NCBI GenBank assembly: GCA_965246885.1
Contig: OZ251992.1
Location: 1,504,001 to 1,568,000, forward strand
DNA from: Abditibacterium sp.
GTDB taxonomy: Bacteria > Armatimonadota > Abditibacteriia > Abditibacteriales > Abditibacteriaceae
Reading direction: 5' to 3'
DNA: 64,000 nucleotides
Positions 19,277-29,439 of this stretch are shown piece after piece. The notes beneath the pieces are model-generated. The model was not told where the DNA came from, ran no database searches, and was given only the letters and a program-made list of their open reading frames with translations. The position numbers and the translations under genes were made by a program. How positions within the stretch are numbered: position 1 is the stretch's first letter; each line of letters opens with the position of its first letter.

Positions 19277-20458
19277 ATGACAACCTCTTCAACCAAGCGT
19301 CCGGTGTGGGTATTGGCCGGACAATCGAACATGGAAGGCGTGGGCTTTTTGAGCGGCGCTTTGGAAAGCGACCCGCACGTGTTGAGCTTCTCAAGCGCCG
19401 GACAGTGGGAAGTCGCGCGCGAGCCGCTTCACATGCTGTCGCACAGCTACACGCCCATCAACCATAAGCTGGGCCGCGAGCACATGACGCCGGAAGAGTT
19501 GCAAGCGTCGGTCGAGGAGTGGCGCACCAACGACGTCAAGGGCCGCGTGATGGGCGCGGGCTTGGGCCTTGCGTTTGGGCGGGCAATGGCGCGAGCAACG
19601 GGCGAAACGGTGGGGCTTATCCCCGCCGCGCACGGAGGAACCTCGTTGGAGCAGTGGAGCGCCGACAAGAAGGACGAGGGGATTCACTCGCTGTATGGGG
19701 CGATGCTTGACCGCATCGAGCGGGCGGGCGGGGATGTCCGGGGCGTGTTGTGGTATCAGGGCGAATCCGACTGCTCGCCGGAGTTGGCGCCGACCTACGG
19801 CGCGCGCTTGGAAGCGTGGATAGCGGCGCTCCGCAAGGAGCTGGGGCGCCCCGACATGCCGTTTTATGTGGTGCAGTTGGGGCGCTTGATCGTGCCGACG
19901 GACAATTATGGCCCGACCGAGGAGGAGCTACCCCACATCCAAAGCTGGAACGAGGTGCGCACCGCACTCGCCGACTTACCCAAACGGGTGGCACACTGCG
20001 CCGCGACAACGGCCATTGACTTGGAACTGTCGGACGTTATCCACATAGACGCGACGGGTCTGATTCGCTTGGGCGAGCGGTTGGCGCGCCTCGCGCTAAA
20101 AACGCACCCCTCGCCAGAGGTGCAATCCGTCCGCTTTGCGCCTGTTGCGGGCAACGATGCGGTGGACTCTTACCTATTGGAGTGTTCGGGCGCGTCCGAT
20201 GGCTGGGCAGTTCGCCACAACATGGCGGGCTTTTCGCTCCATACACGCGACGGGATGCCCCATAAGTCGCTCGCCGTCGTGGATGTATCGGAAGTGCCCG
20301 GCTCGCCATCAACGCTGCGGGTGCTTTTATCGGGCCGCGCGGACGAGGAGTGTCTGCTCGCTTACGGTTGGGGCCACGCGCCAATTTGTAACGCCGTTAC
20401 GAAATCCGATATGCCGCTTTTGGCGTTTGCGCCGCGCGCGCTGAAGCGGGAAGCCTAA
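19277..20458 (+). CDS. Sialate O-acetylesterase (SASA, SGNH-type) family protein
   Basis: LAGQSNM, GGT, WYQGESD and DVIH motifs. Confidence 0.9.
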   Translation: MTTSSTKRPVWVLAGQSNMEGVGFLSGALESDPHVLSFSSAGQWEVAREPLHMLSHSYTPINHKLGREHMTPEELQASVEEWRTNDVKGRVMGAGLGLAFGRAMARATGETVGLIPAAHGGTSLEQWSADKKDEGIHSLYGAMLDRIERAGGDVRGVLWYQGESDCSPELAPTYGARLEAWIAALRKELGRPDMPFYVVQLGRLIVPTDNYGPTEEELPHIQSWNEVRTALADLPKRVAHCAATTAIDLELSDVIHIDATGLIRLGERLARLALKTHPSPEVQSVRFAPVAGNDAVDSYLLECSGASDGWAVRHNMAGFSLHTRDGMPHKSLAVVDVSEVPGSPSTLRVLLSGRADEECLLAYGWGHAPICNAVTKSDMPLLAFAPRALKREA

Positions 20459-20468
20459 GCCCTCACAC

Positions 20469-20503
20469 CGCCCGTCAGGGCCTTCGGAAGGCCCTGACGG
20501 GCG
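20469..20503. terminator. Hairpin between convergent genes
   Basis: cgcccgtcagggccttc-g-gaaggccctgacgggcg. Confidence 0.7.
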
Positions 20504-21416
20504 CTTCGCGCGCCGGTTCCTTGCGCAAAGGGGCGTGACCTTCTGGCGGCCACTCGACTACCAGCAGTTCGCCCTCCGGTGCCCCCGGCACCTCGCCCGC
20601 ATAGCGCGGCGCGCGCAAGCGCAAACACAGGCTGTCGCCGATTTCAATGGTGTCGCCCGCCGCCATCACTTTGCCTTGGCGCTGCAAAAACGAGGCGATG
20701 GAGTTGAACGTTTTAAGCGTCGCGTCTTTGCGGTGCGCGGGTGCCAAAGCCGCCAAGTTGGGCGCCCCCCACGCTTCCAAGCCGCGCGTCACGAGCCACA
20801 TCTCGCCCGTCGCGGGCGCGAACTGCCACGACACCCCCGCGAAGAACGACAGTGGCGGTAGCCCCTTCCAAAACTCCTCGCGCGGCGCCGAGTTGGTCGG
20901 GCGCCACGACGCGGGTAGCACCGCCGTGTGCGCCCGTTGATTGAGGAGCGCCAACGGCTTCCCCGACCCGCCAATGGCCGCGCCCATCATCGCCAGCCGC
21001 GTATAATTGGCAGACACGTGGTCGCGTTTGGCTTCGGCGTAGAGCAGCACGTGGGCGCAATGCGCGTGTATTTGCCCCCGCGCCCTCTCGTCGCACCGCA
21101 CCGACGCGAGGCACTCGCTCACCGTCCCCCGGCCAAGGGGCGACGCGGCGCCAATCAGCCCGAACCGTTGCCCTTGCCAGTGGATTTCCGCCATCGTGTG
21201 CCCCGCCTGCGACTGCTCGAACACCGACACCATCGCTTTGAGGAGCGACGGGTCGTAGTTGGCGAGTGGACGCCACAGCGCGCCTTCGTCCTTGATATGC
21301 CACGCCTCCAACAGCAGTTGTAGGCATACCAACGTATTGCGCTCCGCTTCCTCCTTCGCAGCCCGCTTGTGCCCCAATGTTTCCACGCGGTCGAGGAACT
21401 GAGTGATCAAGCTCAT
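20475..21416 (-). CDS. DUF4261-like hypothetical protein (paralog 1)
   Basis: AHCAHVLL, WLVTRGLEAWGAPNL, GDTIEIG; paralogous to the adjacent gene. Confidence 0.7.
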   Translation of the reverse strand: MSLITQFLDRVETLGHKRAAKEEAERNTLVCLQLLLEAWHIKDEGALWRPLANYDPSLLKAMVSVFEQSQAGHTMAEIHWQGQRFGLIGAASPLGRGTVSECLASVRCDERARGQIHAHCAHVLLYAEAKRDHVSANYTRLAMMGAAIGGSGKPLALLNQRAHTAVLPASWRPTNSAPREEFWKGLPPLSFFAGVSWQFAPATGEMWLVTRGLEAWGAPNLAALAPAHRKDATLKTFNSIASFLQRQGKVMAAGDTIEIGDSLCLRLRAPRYAGEVPGAPEGELLVVEWPPEGHAPLRKEPAREAPVRAFRRP

Positions 21417-21536
21417 AAGAGGAAGCATACCGCGTTTTGAATAAGATTTTGTTAAGAACAAGCCCAGTGTTGCAAAATTTACACCCCGCTAATCGGGGCG
21501 AAATGGCTTCCCTGCCTTGCGCGTGGCAGCCACCGC

Positions 21537-22487
21537 TCAGTTGGACAGTCCCTTGGAAGGGAACACTGCTTTGTTGGCTTGGGCGGCGGAAATGAACTGC
21601 GCCACCAGCAGCTTTCCCTCGCCTTGAATGGCCAGTTCGTCTGCCGATTCGGGCGCGCGGAGCTTCATGTGATTGTCTACGCCGACCTGCATGGTGTGCC
21701 CCGGTTGCAGCACCGGCCCGTTGGCAATGAGATAAGTGGCGACGTTGCCGAATATCTCCAGCATCTGCGAGCCGTGCGAATGGTCGGGCGCCAGCGTCGT
21801 CAGGTTGGGCAAACCCCACGCTTCCAAGCCGCGCGTCGTCATCCAGACTTTGGGCGAATCGGGCACCACGTATTTGACGAAGCCCGCATACAGCAAGAGC
21901 ACCGGCAGGGTGTTCCACTGCTCAAAGCGTCCCGTCCGGGTGTCGAGCCACACCTTGGCGGGCATGGCGGTTTGCGCCGTCTCGTTCAAAACCCCGATGC
22001 CATGCGAGTGCTCCAACAGCCCGCCGCAAAGCATCGCCAAGCGCACGTAATTCTGGAGCACCGCCGCGCGCGGCGAGTCGCACAGCAGCAGGACGTGTGC
22101 CTCATGTGCCCGCGCCTGCCTTTTGAACTCTTGATCCCACGCGCACGGTTGCACGCACGCTTCGACGGCATCGGCAGGCATTTGGTGGTTGAACGCCACA
22201 AGTCGGAAGCGTTGTCCCTGCCATTGGATGTCGCAGAGCGTGGTGCCATCGTCGGCGCACACCCATGTGTCGAGCGACAGCGACGATAGCGAGGCATCGT
22301 AGCCCCGCAACGCCGCGAGAAGCGCCGCTTCGTCACGGAGCGTCCACGCTTCGAGCAGCAGTTGAAGGCTGAGCGAGACGGTCTCCTTCGGCGCGTCTTC
22401 CTCGTTGGGACGCGGCGCAGCGGGTGACGACGGAGAAGGCGGCGATGGCGCCGCTTTACGCCCGAACAGATTGGAAAACAACCCCAT
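21537..22487 (-). CDS. DUF4261-like hypothetical protein (paralog 2)
   Basis: MGLFSNLFG start, AHEAHVLL, WMTTRGLEAWGLPNL, YLIANGPVLQPGHT. Confidence 0.75.
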   Translation of the reverse strand: MGLFSNLFGRKAAPSPPSPSSPAAPRPNEEDAPKETVSLSLQLLLEAWTLRDEAALLAALRGYDASLSSLSLDTWVCADDGTTLCDIQWQGQRFRLVAFNHQMPADAVEACVQPCAWDQEFKRQARAHEAHVLLLCDSPRAAVLQNYVRLAMLCGGLLEHSHGIGVLNETAQTAMPAKVWLDTRTGRFEQWNTLPVLLLYAGFVKYVVPDSPKVWMTTRGLEAWGLPNLTTLAPDHSHGSQMLEIFGNVATYLIANGPVLQPGHTMQVGVDNHMKLRAPESADELAIQGEGKLLVAQFISAAQANKAVFPSKGLSN

Positions 22488-22545
22488 AGCAAGCGGCAGT
22501 ATGCCCAACGCCCGCGCCTCGTCGCCTTGCGAATGGCCTCGCCCC

Positions 22546-23580
22546 TTAGCGCATGAACTGCCCGGTGAAGTCGCGCAGGTCGCGCAGCTTTTCGCGCGCG
22601 GCGCCTGACCGGATGGCGGCGCGCGCCAGTTCGAGGGACTCTTTCCAATTGGGTGCAATGTCAGCGACTTGGAGAACGGCGGCGGCGTTGAGGCACACGA
22701 TGTCGGACGCGGGGCCATCGTGCCCGTTGAGGATTTGCTCGATGATAACGGCGTTTTCGGAGGCGTCACCGCCCGCTAAGCGCGCGGCGTCGAGGCAGTG
22801 AATGTCGCTGGCGTGCGGGTGGAAGGTGTGGGCTGTGAGTTCGCCGCCGCGCAGTTCGAGGTAGTCGGTGGGCGCGCAGGTCGAAAACTCGTCCAACCCG
22901 TCGTGCGAGTGAACGACGAAGGCGCGCTCGCAGCCCAACTCCCGGAGGGTTTCGGCGATGGGCCGCAGCCACTTCTTTGCCGGAACGCCCATGACTTGCC
23001 GGTGCGCGCCTGCGGGGTTGGCGAGCGGGCCGAGCAGGTTGAAAACGGTGCGGATGCCAAGCTCGCGGCGGATGGCGGCGACCGATTTCATGGCCGGATG
23101 ATGCGCGGGCGCAAACATGAACCCGATGCCAATTTCGTCTATCGAGCGCGCGATAGCTTCGGGCGAAAGGTCGAGGTGAACGCCGAGCGCTTCCAGCACG
23201 TCGGCTGACCCCGACCGCGAGGAGACGGCGCGGTTGCCGTGCTTGGCGATGCGCGCGCCCGCAGCAGCCGCCACAAATGCCGCCGCCGTCGAGATGTTGA
23301 ACGTGCCCACCCCGGCTCTACCCGCGTCGCCGCCCGTGCCGCAAGTGTCCACCAAGGGCGCTGAGGCCGCTTCGACCCGAATCGCCCGCACGCGCAAGCC
23401 GCGCGCGAAGCCCACCAACTCGCTCGTCGTTTCGCCCCGCGCGCGGAGCGCGCCCAGTAGCGCCGCCACTTGCAGCGGCGACGGCGAACCGTCCACGATA
23501 TCGGACAGCACGAGTTCGGCTTCGGCGGAGGAGAGGTGGGCGCCGTCAGTCACTGCGCCCAGAGCAAGAGAGACGGTCAT
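22546..23580 (-). CDS. trpD: Anthranilate phosphoribosyltransferase
   Basis: DTCGTGGD, FNIST, AKHGNRAVSSRSGSADVLEALG, RTVFNLLGPLANP. Confidence 0.97.
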   Translation of the reverse strand: MTVSLALGAVTDGAHLSSAEAELVLSDIVDGSPSPLQVAALLGALRARGETTSELVGFARGLRVRAIRVEAASAPLVDTCGTGGDAGRAGVGTFNISTAAAFVAAAAGARIAKHGNRAVSSRSGSADVLEALGVHLDLSPEAIARSIDEIGIGFMFAPAHHPAMKSVAAIRRELGIRTVFNLLGPLANPAGAHRQVMGVPAKKWLRPIAETLRELGCERAFVVHSHDGLDEFSTCAPTDYLELRGGELTAHTFHPHASDIHCLDAARLAGGDASENAVIIEQILNGHDGPASDIVCLNAAAVLQVADIAPNWKESLELARAAIRSGAAREKLRDLRDFTGQFMR

Positions 23581-23586
23581 AATGCC

Positions 23587-24159
<573 letters not shown>

Positions 24160-24204
24160 GCCGGAAAGTTTAGCGGAGGCGCCGACACGGTTCGGAACGC
24201 CGAG

Positions 24205-25593
24205 CTACCGCGCGAACCACAGCCCGACAAGCGCCGCGATGCCGCAGGCGACGGGGAACCAGTCGCCCCATCGGGCATAAAGCGTGGGTCGCCCATCCCC
24301 GACGCGCACATCGGCGACGAGGAGTTTGGGGCCGTCTTGGAAGTGGTCGCTGGACTTTTGGACGCGACCCTCGAACGAGGTGAGGGCGGAGATGCCGTCC
24401 GACGCGGCGCGGGCGAGGGCGAAGCGGAACTCCAAAGCGCGCCACAGGTGATTGGCGAAGTGGATGTCTTTGACACGCGCCCAGTCGTTGGTCGGCACGA
24501 CCAGCAGTTGCGCGCCCGCGCGGGCGTAACGGCGCGCGATGTCGGGGAAGTTGTCGTCTTGGCAGATGAGGCCGCCAACGCGCACGCCGTCCACGTCCAT
24601 CAAGGCGACTTCGCCGCGCCCCCGTTTGTAGCGTTCCACGAGCGGCACGAGATGCGTTTTGACGTAGCGCCCCGCGACTTCGCCGTCAGCCGAAATGAAG
24701 TCAATGCAGTTCTCGTTGCGAGCCGCGTCGAAATATCCAACCGCGAGGGCAAGGCGATATTTGAGCGCGAGCGTTTGAATCACCACGCGAAAATGGGCGC
24801 GGTTGGCGACGTGGATGGCGGCTTCGGGCGTAACAAGCAACCGCGCGCCCGCCTCACTCGCTTCGCGTGCGGCGTCTTGAAAGGCAGATGGAATTTCGGT
24901 GAGACCATCAAAGCCAGTCCCCGCCCAGCCGAAGGTGGCGACGCGGAGGGATTGCCCTTGTTGCAGATGGACTTCCGATAGCTTTAGAACGAGCAAAGCG
25001 TAAGCGATAATAAGGGCGTAGATAAGCAGGTTCGCCCACAAAGGCATCTGAGCTTCACGAGCCGAGGCGACGAAGACGGCCACTGCGAGAATGCTCCATG
25101 TTCCGCCCGCCGCGCCCGCGCATGCGACAAGGGGGCTGTTAAATGGGATGGAACACGCGAAGTTCTGCGCTGTGCCCCACAAGGGGAGGAGCGACCATTC
25201 GAGCCAGAATAATACCGTTCCCCAACAGGCGATGCAAAGGATGTTGGCGGGCGGGGGCAGAGCGGTGAGTTTCGCGGCGCCCGCCATGAACAAAGTCCAC
25301 ACCAGCGTTTGAGAACACGCCAGCACTGCCGATACTGGAGCGGGTAAGCGCAACGAAAGCAGCATCTTTAGCGCGTAACCCGCGCCAAACTCCGCGCCCG
25401 CCGCCGCCGCGAACCAAAACATATTGTGTTCTGCTCCGCCTAATGCAATAATGTATGCCGACAGGCCCAGCAATGGTAGCAAGTTCCACGCATCTGCTGC
25501 GGGCACAGCCCGAAGGCGCGCCCAGCCCAACAGCGCGCCCAGTCCTACCATGAAGGCGACACTAACGACGTCGGCAATGAGGGAGCCTTGCAT
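24205..25593 (-). CDS. Apolipoprotein N-acyltransferase-like protein (nitrilase fold)
   Basis: TM-rich N-half; E-K-C triad in PEAA, YVKTHLVP, LICQD; RALEFR; TLYARWGDWF. Confidence 0.8.
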   Translation of the reverse strand: MQGSLIADVVSVAFMVGLGALLGWARLRAVPAADAWNLLPLLGLSAYIIALGGAEHNMFWFAAAAGAEFGAGYALKMLLSLRLPAPVSAVLACSQTLVWTLFMAGAAKLTALPPPANILCIACWGTVLFWLEWSLLPLWGTAQNFACSIPFNSPLVACAGAAGGTWSILAVAVFVASAREAQMPLWANLLIYALIIAYALLVLKLSEVHLQQGQSLRVATFGWAGTGFDGLTEIPSAFQDAAREASEAGARLLVTPEAAIHVANRAHFRVVIQTLALKYRLALAVGYFDAARNENCIDFISADGEVAGRYVKTHLVPLVERYKRGRGEVALMDVDGVRVGGLICQDDNFPDIARRYARAGAQLLVVPTNDWARVKDIHFANHLWRALEFRFALARAASDGISALTSFEGRVQKSSDHFQDGPKLLVADVRVGDGRPTLYARWGDWFPVACGIAALVGLWFAR

Positions 25594-26535
25594 TTAAGAT
25601 CGTATCCTTGGATCAACAACGCGGTAAAGCACGTCCACGACGAGGTTGGCGCTCACGACCATGAGGGCGGAAAAGAGGACGGTGCCCATGATCATCGGCA
25701 CGTCTTGGTTGATGACGGAATCTATGGCGAGGCTTCCGATTCCCGGCCAGCCGAAGATTTTCTCGGTGAAGATGAGGCCCGACAGGAGCGAGGCGAACTC
25801 GCCGCCTAAGACGGCGATGGCGGGGATGAGCGCGTTTTTGAGGGCGTGCTTGGCCAGCACCCTCGACTCGCTCACGCCGCGCGCGCGGGCGGCGCGGATG
25901 TATTCTTGCTTGAGGACGCCACGCAAGTTGGCGTGCAAGAGGCGCGAGTAATAGGCCGCGCCGCCGATGCCAAGCGTCAGGGCGGGCAGGGGCAAGTTCC
26001 ACAAACTCGCACCTCCGCCAACGGAAAAGAGGCCGAGTTGGAAGCCAAGATACTGCTGCAACAGTCGCCCCAGCCAAAAGGTCGGGATGGAAATGGCAAG
26101 GAGCGACAGCACCAAAAACGCGCGGTCGAGAAACGAGCCGCCGCGACTGGCAGTGAGGAGCGAGAGCGGGATGGCGACGCCCAAATAGACCGCGAGGGCG
26201 GTGACTGCAAGCAGAATCGTGGCGGGAAAGCGGCGGGCGATGGCCGAAAACACGCGGTCGCCGTTGCGGTAGGACTTGAGGTTGTTGGTGAGGGCGTCAC
26301 GCACGAAGGTGCCGTATTGAACGGGGAGCGGGCGCTGGAGGCCCAGTTCGCGCTTGATGTTGGCGATGGTGTCCTTATCGGCGTGCGCACCCGCCAAACT
26401 TTGCGCGATGGCATCGGTGGGGTCTTTGTCTTTGCCGCCCAGTCGCGGCGCCACGAAGATAAGGGCGAACACCACGACACTCACGCCCCACAACGTCAGG
26501 AGAGACCCCAGCGCCTTGCGCCCAAAGGAAAGCAT
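25594..26535 (-). CDS. ABC transporter permease (OppB/DppB family)
   Basis: SIPTFWLG, EYIRAARARG, KHALKNA, TEKIFGWPGIG. Confidence 0.95.
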   Translation of the reverse strand: MLSFGRKALGSLLTLWGVSVVVFALIFVAPRLGGKDKDPTDAIAQSLAGAHADKDTIANIKRELGLQRPLPVQYGTFVRDALTNNLKSYRNGDRVFSAIARRFPATILLAVTALAVYLGVAIPLSLLTASRGGSFLDRAFLVLSLLAISIPTFWLGRLLQQYLGFQLGLFSVGGGASLWNLPLPALTLGIGGAAYYSRLLHANLRGVLKQEYIRAARARGVSESRVLAKHALKNALIPAIAVLGGEFASLLSGLIFTEKIFGWPGIGSLAIDSVINQDVPMIMGTVLFSALMVVSANLVVDVLYRVVDPRIRS

Positions 26536-26544
26536 GCTTTGAAT

Positions 26545-27810
26545 TTAGCGGGTTTGGGGATGCGTGCCTTGCATCCCTTCCGCGCGCACCCCTTGCCAGA
26601 ACTTGAAATACCCCGCCGTCGCGCTTCCCAACACACGCGCGTCTTCGCCCCGCCTCAGTAGTTTCAGGGCGATGCCGTCTCGTTCCAAGCGCGCCCGCAC
26701 TGCCGGGAGCGCGTCCGCAGTTGGGCCGACGAAGGGCTTAAGCGCGACGACGGTTCGCACGCCAGCGCCCTTGGCCCACTCATGCAGTTGCTCCGCCAAT
26801 TCATCGGGCGCAATGGCTTCGAGAGGGCGGATGTTGGCGCCCCAGTGGTGGGCGGCGCGCGCGGCGGCATCGCGGGCGGCGCGCAAGCGGTAGTCGCGGC
26901 GCAAACCGTTGGATGACTCGGACTTGGCGGGCGCTCCGACGACGGACGTGCAGATGGCATCGAAACGCGCGCCGCTGAGTTCGTCCGCCGTTTCGGGCAC
27001 GAGGTCGTCCTCGGTGATCCACAAGCCGAGCGGCCCCGTTGTGTCGCCGATACTGGCGTCGAAGGCAGGGCGTATCGGGTTAGGGATGGGGCCGTCGGGC
27101 ACGTCGGCTTCGCGCGGGCGCTCCAAACGTTCCATGCCGATACCCTCGCCGATGTAAGCGGGGTCGCAATACTTTTCGAGGTTCGAGCGGCGGGCCAGAT
27201 ACGCTTTGCCGCGCGTTTGGATGCCCGCGACCCAGCGCCAAGAAAGCGTGTTGGCGGCGGGGCAGGCGCAGATTAAGTGGCGCTCAAAGAAGTCGCTGCC
27301 AAGCTCCCAAGGCAAACGTTCGGTGTGAATCCAGAACGCGGCGAACCACATGCGCGCGTGGTTGTGCAAGTAGCCCGTCCCGACCAACTCGCGCGCGAAG
27401 TTGTCCATCGGCTCGCAACCGCTTTCCCCGGCCTCGATTTGCTCGATGCGGCGGCGCTGCACTTTGGCGAGAGAGGCGCCTTGCTCGGCGCGCGTTTGAA
27501 GGTAACGCGTCCAGATTTCGGGGCGTAATTCCAGCCACGAGCGCCAGTAGCCGCGCCAGTGAATTTCTTGGACGAACTTCTCGCACGCCGCAAGCGAGCC
27601 GTGTTCTTCCAAGGCGATGCGCGCGACTTCGCGCTCCAGTATCAAACGCACGCGGATGGCGGACGCGAGGGTCGAAACGAACGGATGGCCGGGAACGACG
27701 CGGTTGCGCTCGCGGGCATACTGCGCGCCCATGAAAGGAGCGAACGCACGCGCGGCGCCCAATGCGCCTTCGCGGGTGTCGGGGAAAATGATGGGTTTGT
27801 GAACGGACAT
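26545..27810 (-). CDS. Photolyase/cryptochrome-family protein with N-terminal FAD-binding domain (inverted-domain NewPHL-like)
   Basis: EKFVQEIHWRGYW, TGYLHNHARMWFA and ANTLSWRWVAG lie in the N-half; alpha/beta-like C-half. Confidence 0.85.
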   Translation of the reverse strand: MSVHKPIIFPDTREGALGAARAFAPFMGAQYARERNRVVPGHPFVSTLASAIRVRLILEREVARIALEEHGSLAACEKFVQEIHWRGYWRSWLELRPEIWTRYLQTRAEQGASLAKVQRRRIEQIEAGESGCEPMDNFARELVGTGYLHNHARMWFAAFWIHTERLPWELGSDFFERHLICACPAANTLSWRWVAGIQTRGKAYLARRSNLEKYCDPAYIGEGIGMERLERPREADVPDGPIPNPIRPAFDASIGDTTGPLGLWITEDDLVPETADELSGARFDAICTSVVGAPAKSESSNGLRRDYRLRAARDAAARAAHHWGANIRPLEAIAPDELAEQLHEWAKGAGVRTVVALKPFVGPTADALPAVRARLERDGIALKLLRRGEDARVLGSATAGYFKFWQGVRAEGMQGTHPQTR

Positions 27811-27843
27811 TACCCGGTTCGCTCCGCCAAATGCGGGCCACAA

Positions 27844-28533
27844 TTACCGCTTGGGAAAGCGGAAGTGCGCCTTGATTGTCCACGCGTCGAGGGCGTCCTG
27901 CTCGACGCACTGCCAGCCGTTGTGGACGACAAGAGGCAAGCCGCGCGGCCCGATGCCATCGGAAACTATGCCGGTGTGCCATTTATTGCCGTCCAACTTC
28001 CACTCCACGATGTCGCCGGGTTGCCAGCTTTGGATGTCGGCGTCCGTCGCTGTGCCGATGGGCAACTCTTGCCCGTAGCGGCGAAAGAAAACGATGTGGT
28101 TGGGCACGCGGCGGTGGTCTATATTGGTGTCGGTGTGGCCGAGTTTCCACGCGTTCGGGTAGGCCGCAAAGTGCGCTTTCATATCGTCGTGAATCAGGCG
28201 CTGCAAGTCCATGCCCGCCCCGCGCAAGGCGCGCACGACGACATCGGTGCACGCGCCCGCTCCTTTGGGCACGTCGCCGCCGGGGTAGGCGATGGTCTGA
28301 TACGAGGCGTCGTAAGCGTCGCCTATCTGCGCTTTGGCGGCGTCCACGATCTTGCGCGCGACGGGGTCAGCGACCGCCACGCGGCGGAGGGGGCTTTCGA
28401 GAGCGGTTTTGACGGGCGAGTCGGGTAGCGCCGCGACCAAATTGGCGCGTTGAATGGGCCGCGCGACGACCCACGCGACGCCCAAAGCGCCCGCCAAACC
28501 AACGGCGGCAAAGACAAAGCGGCGAGTAGGCAC
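27844..28533 (-). CDS. DUF1287 (YijF-like) protein
   Basis: YPGGDVP..GACTDVVVRALR, DTNIDHRRVPN, WQPGDIV, HTGIVSD. Confidence 0.9.
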   Translation of the reverse strand: MPTRRFVFAAVGLAGALGVAWVVARPIQRANLVAALPDSPVKTALESPLRRVAVADPVARKIVDAAKAQIGDAYDASYQTIAYPGGDVPKGAGACTDVVVRALRGAGMDLQRLIHDDMKAHFAAYPNAWKLGHTDTNIDHRRVPNHIVFFRRYGQELPIGTATDADIQSWQPGDIVEWKLDGNKWHTGIVSDGIGPRGLPLVVHNGWQCVEQDALDAWTIKAHFRFPKR

Positions 28534-28581
28534 GCCATCTGAAACGCTTTGGCGCAGGGCAGGAGTGCGAAAAAGCGCGAG

Positions 28582-29439
28582 TTAACCCAACCGCGAGCGG
28601 AACTCCGGCATCCCGCCCACGCCCGGAGTCAAGCGAAACAAGGCGCCGCTCGGTTCATCGGGCGCGTCGTCGGGCCGCCCGCCGCCCGTTGTGATGTACA
28701 GTTGCTGTAATTCCGGCCCGCCGAAGATACAACTGGTGACGGCTCGCACGGGGAAGTCCACTTGCGCCACCATGCGCGCCCCGCTATCGTAGTGGCGCAG
28801 GAAAGGGCCGTCGAAAAAGGTCAGCCACACGCCGCCGTCGCGGTCGGTGGTGAGGCCATCGGGCGTCCATTCGGGCGTGTGCAGCCACAGCGTTTGCTCG
28901 CCCAGTTCTCCGGTTGCCGGGTCGAAGGCGAAGCGCCACACTTTGCGCGATGTCGAATCGGCCCAGTAAAGGCCGCGCCCGTTTGCCGTCCAGCCCAGCC
29001 CGTTGGAACACGCACTTCCACCCGTGATGCGGTGGCTTCCGAAGCCCTGATGCAAGTGGAACAGCCCGCCGCGCGTGCGTTGCGACCAATCCACTGTCCC
29101 CGCGAATACCCGTCCGTCCGGCGCCGCAATGCAGTCGTTGAAGCGCTCCGTGTCGCGCAAAAAGCCGCTTGCCAAGGGCGTCAAGCGCCCCGTATCGGGG
29201 TCAAGCCTCGCCGCGTCGCCCGTCAAAAGCAAGAGCAAATCTCCCGATTCTTCGAGCGTAAACGCGCCGCACTCCTGCCCGACGCTGGCTGCCAACCGAT
29301 GCGAAGCGGTGCGCGGGTCATACGCCCAAATCTGGCCCGACGGAATGTCGCACCAAAACAAGACGCCGCGCCGCTCGTCCCACAACGGGTTCTCGCCGCA
29401 CGCGCAATGCTCGTTCGCAATCAATTCAAGGTTCATCAT
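28582..29439 (-). CDS. SMP-30/gluconolactonase/LRE family protein
   Basis: GENPLWD, RFND, SNGLGW, PDGLTTD, TSCIFGG. Confidence 0.92.
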   Translation of the reverse strand: MMNLELIANEHCACGENPLWDERRGVLFWCDIPSGQIWAYDPRTASHRLAASVGQECGAFTLEESGDLLLLLTGDAARLDPDTGRLTPLASGFLRDTERFNDCIAAPDGRVFAGTVDWSQRTRGGLFHLHQGFGSHRITGGSACSNGLGWTANGRGLYWADSTSRKVWRFAFDPATGELGEQTLWLHTPEWTPDGLTTDRDGGVWLTFFDGPFLRHYDSGARMVAQVDFPVRAVTSCIFGGPELQQLYITTGGGRPDDAPDEPSGALFRLTPGVGGMPEFRSRLG

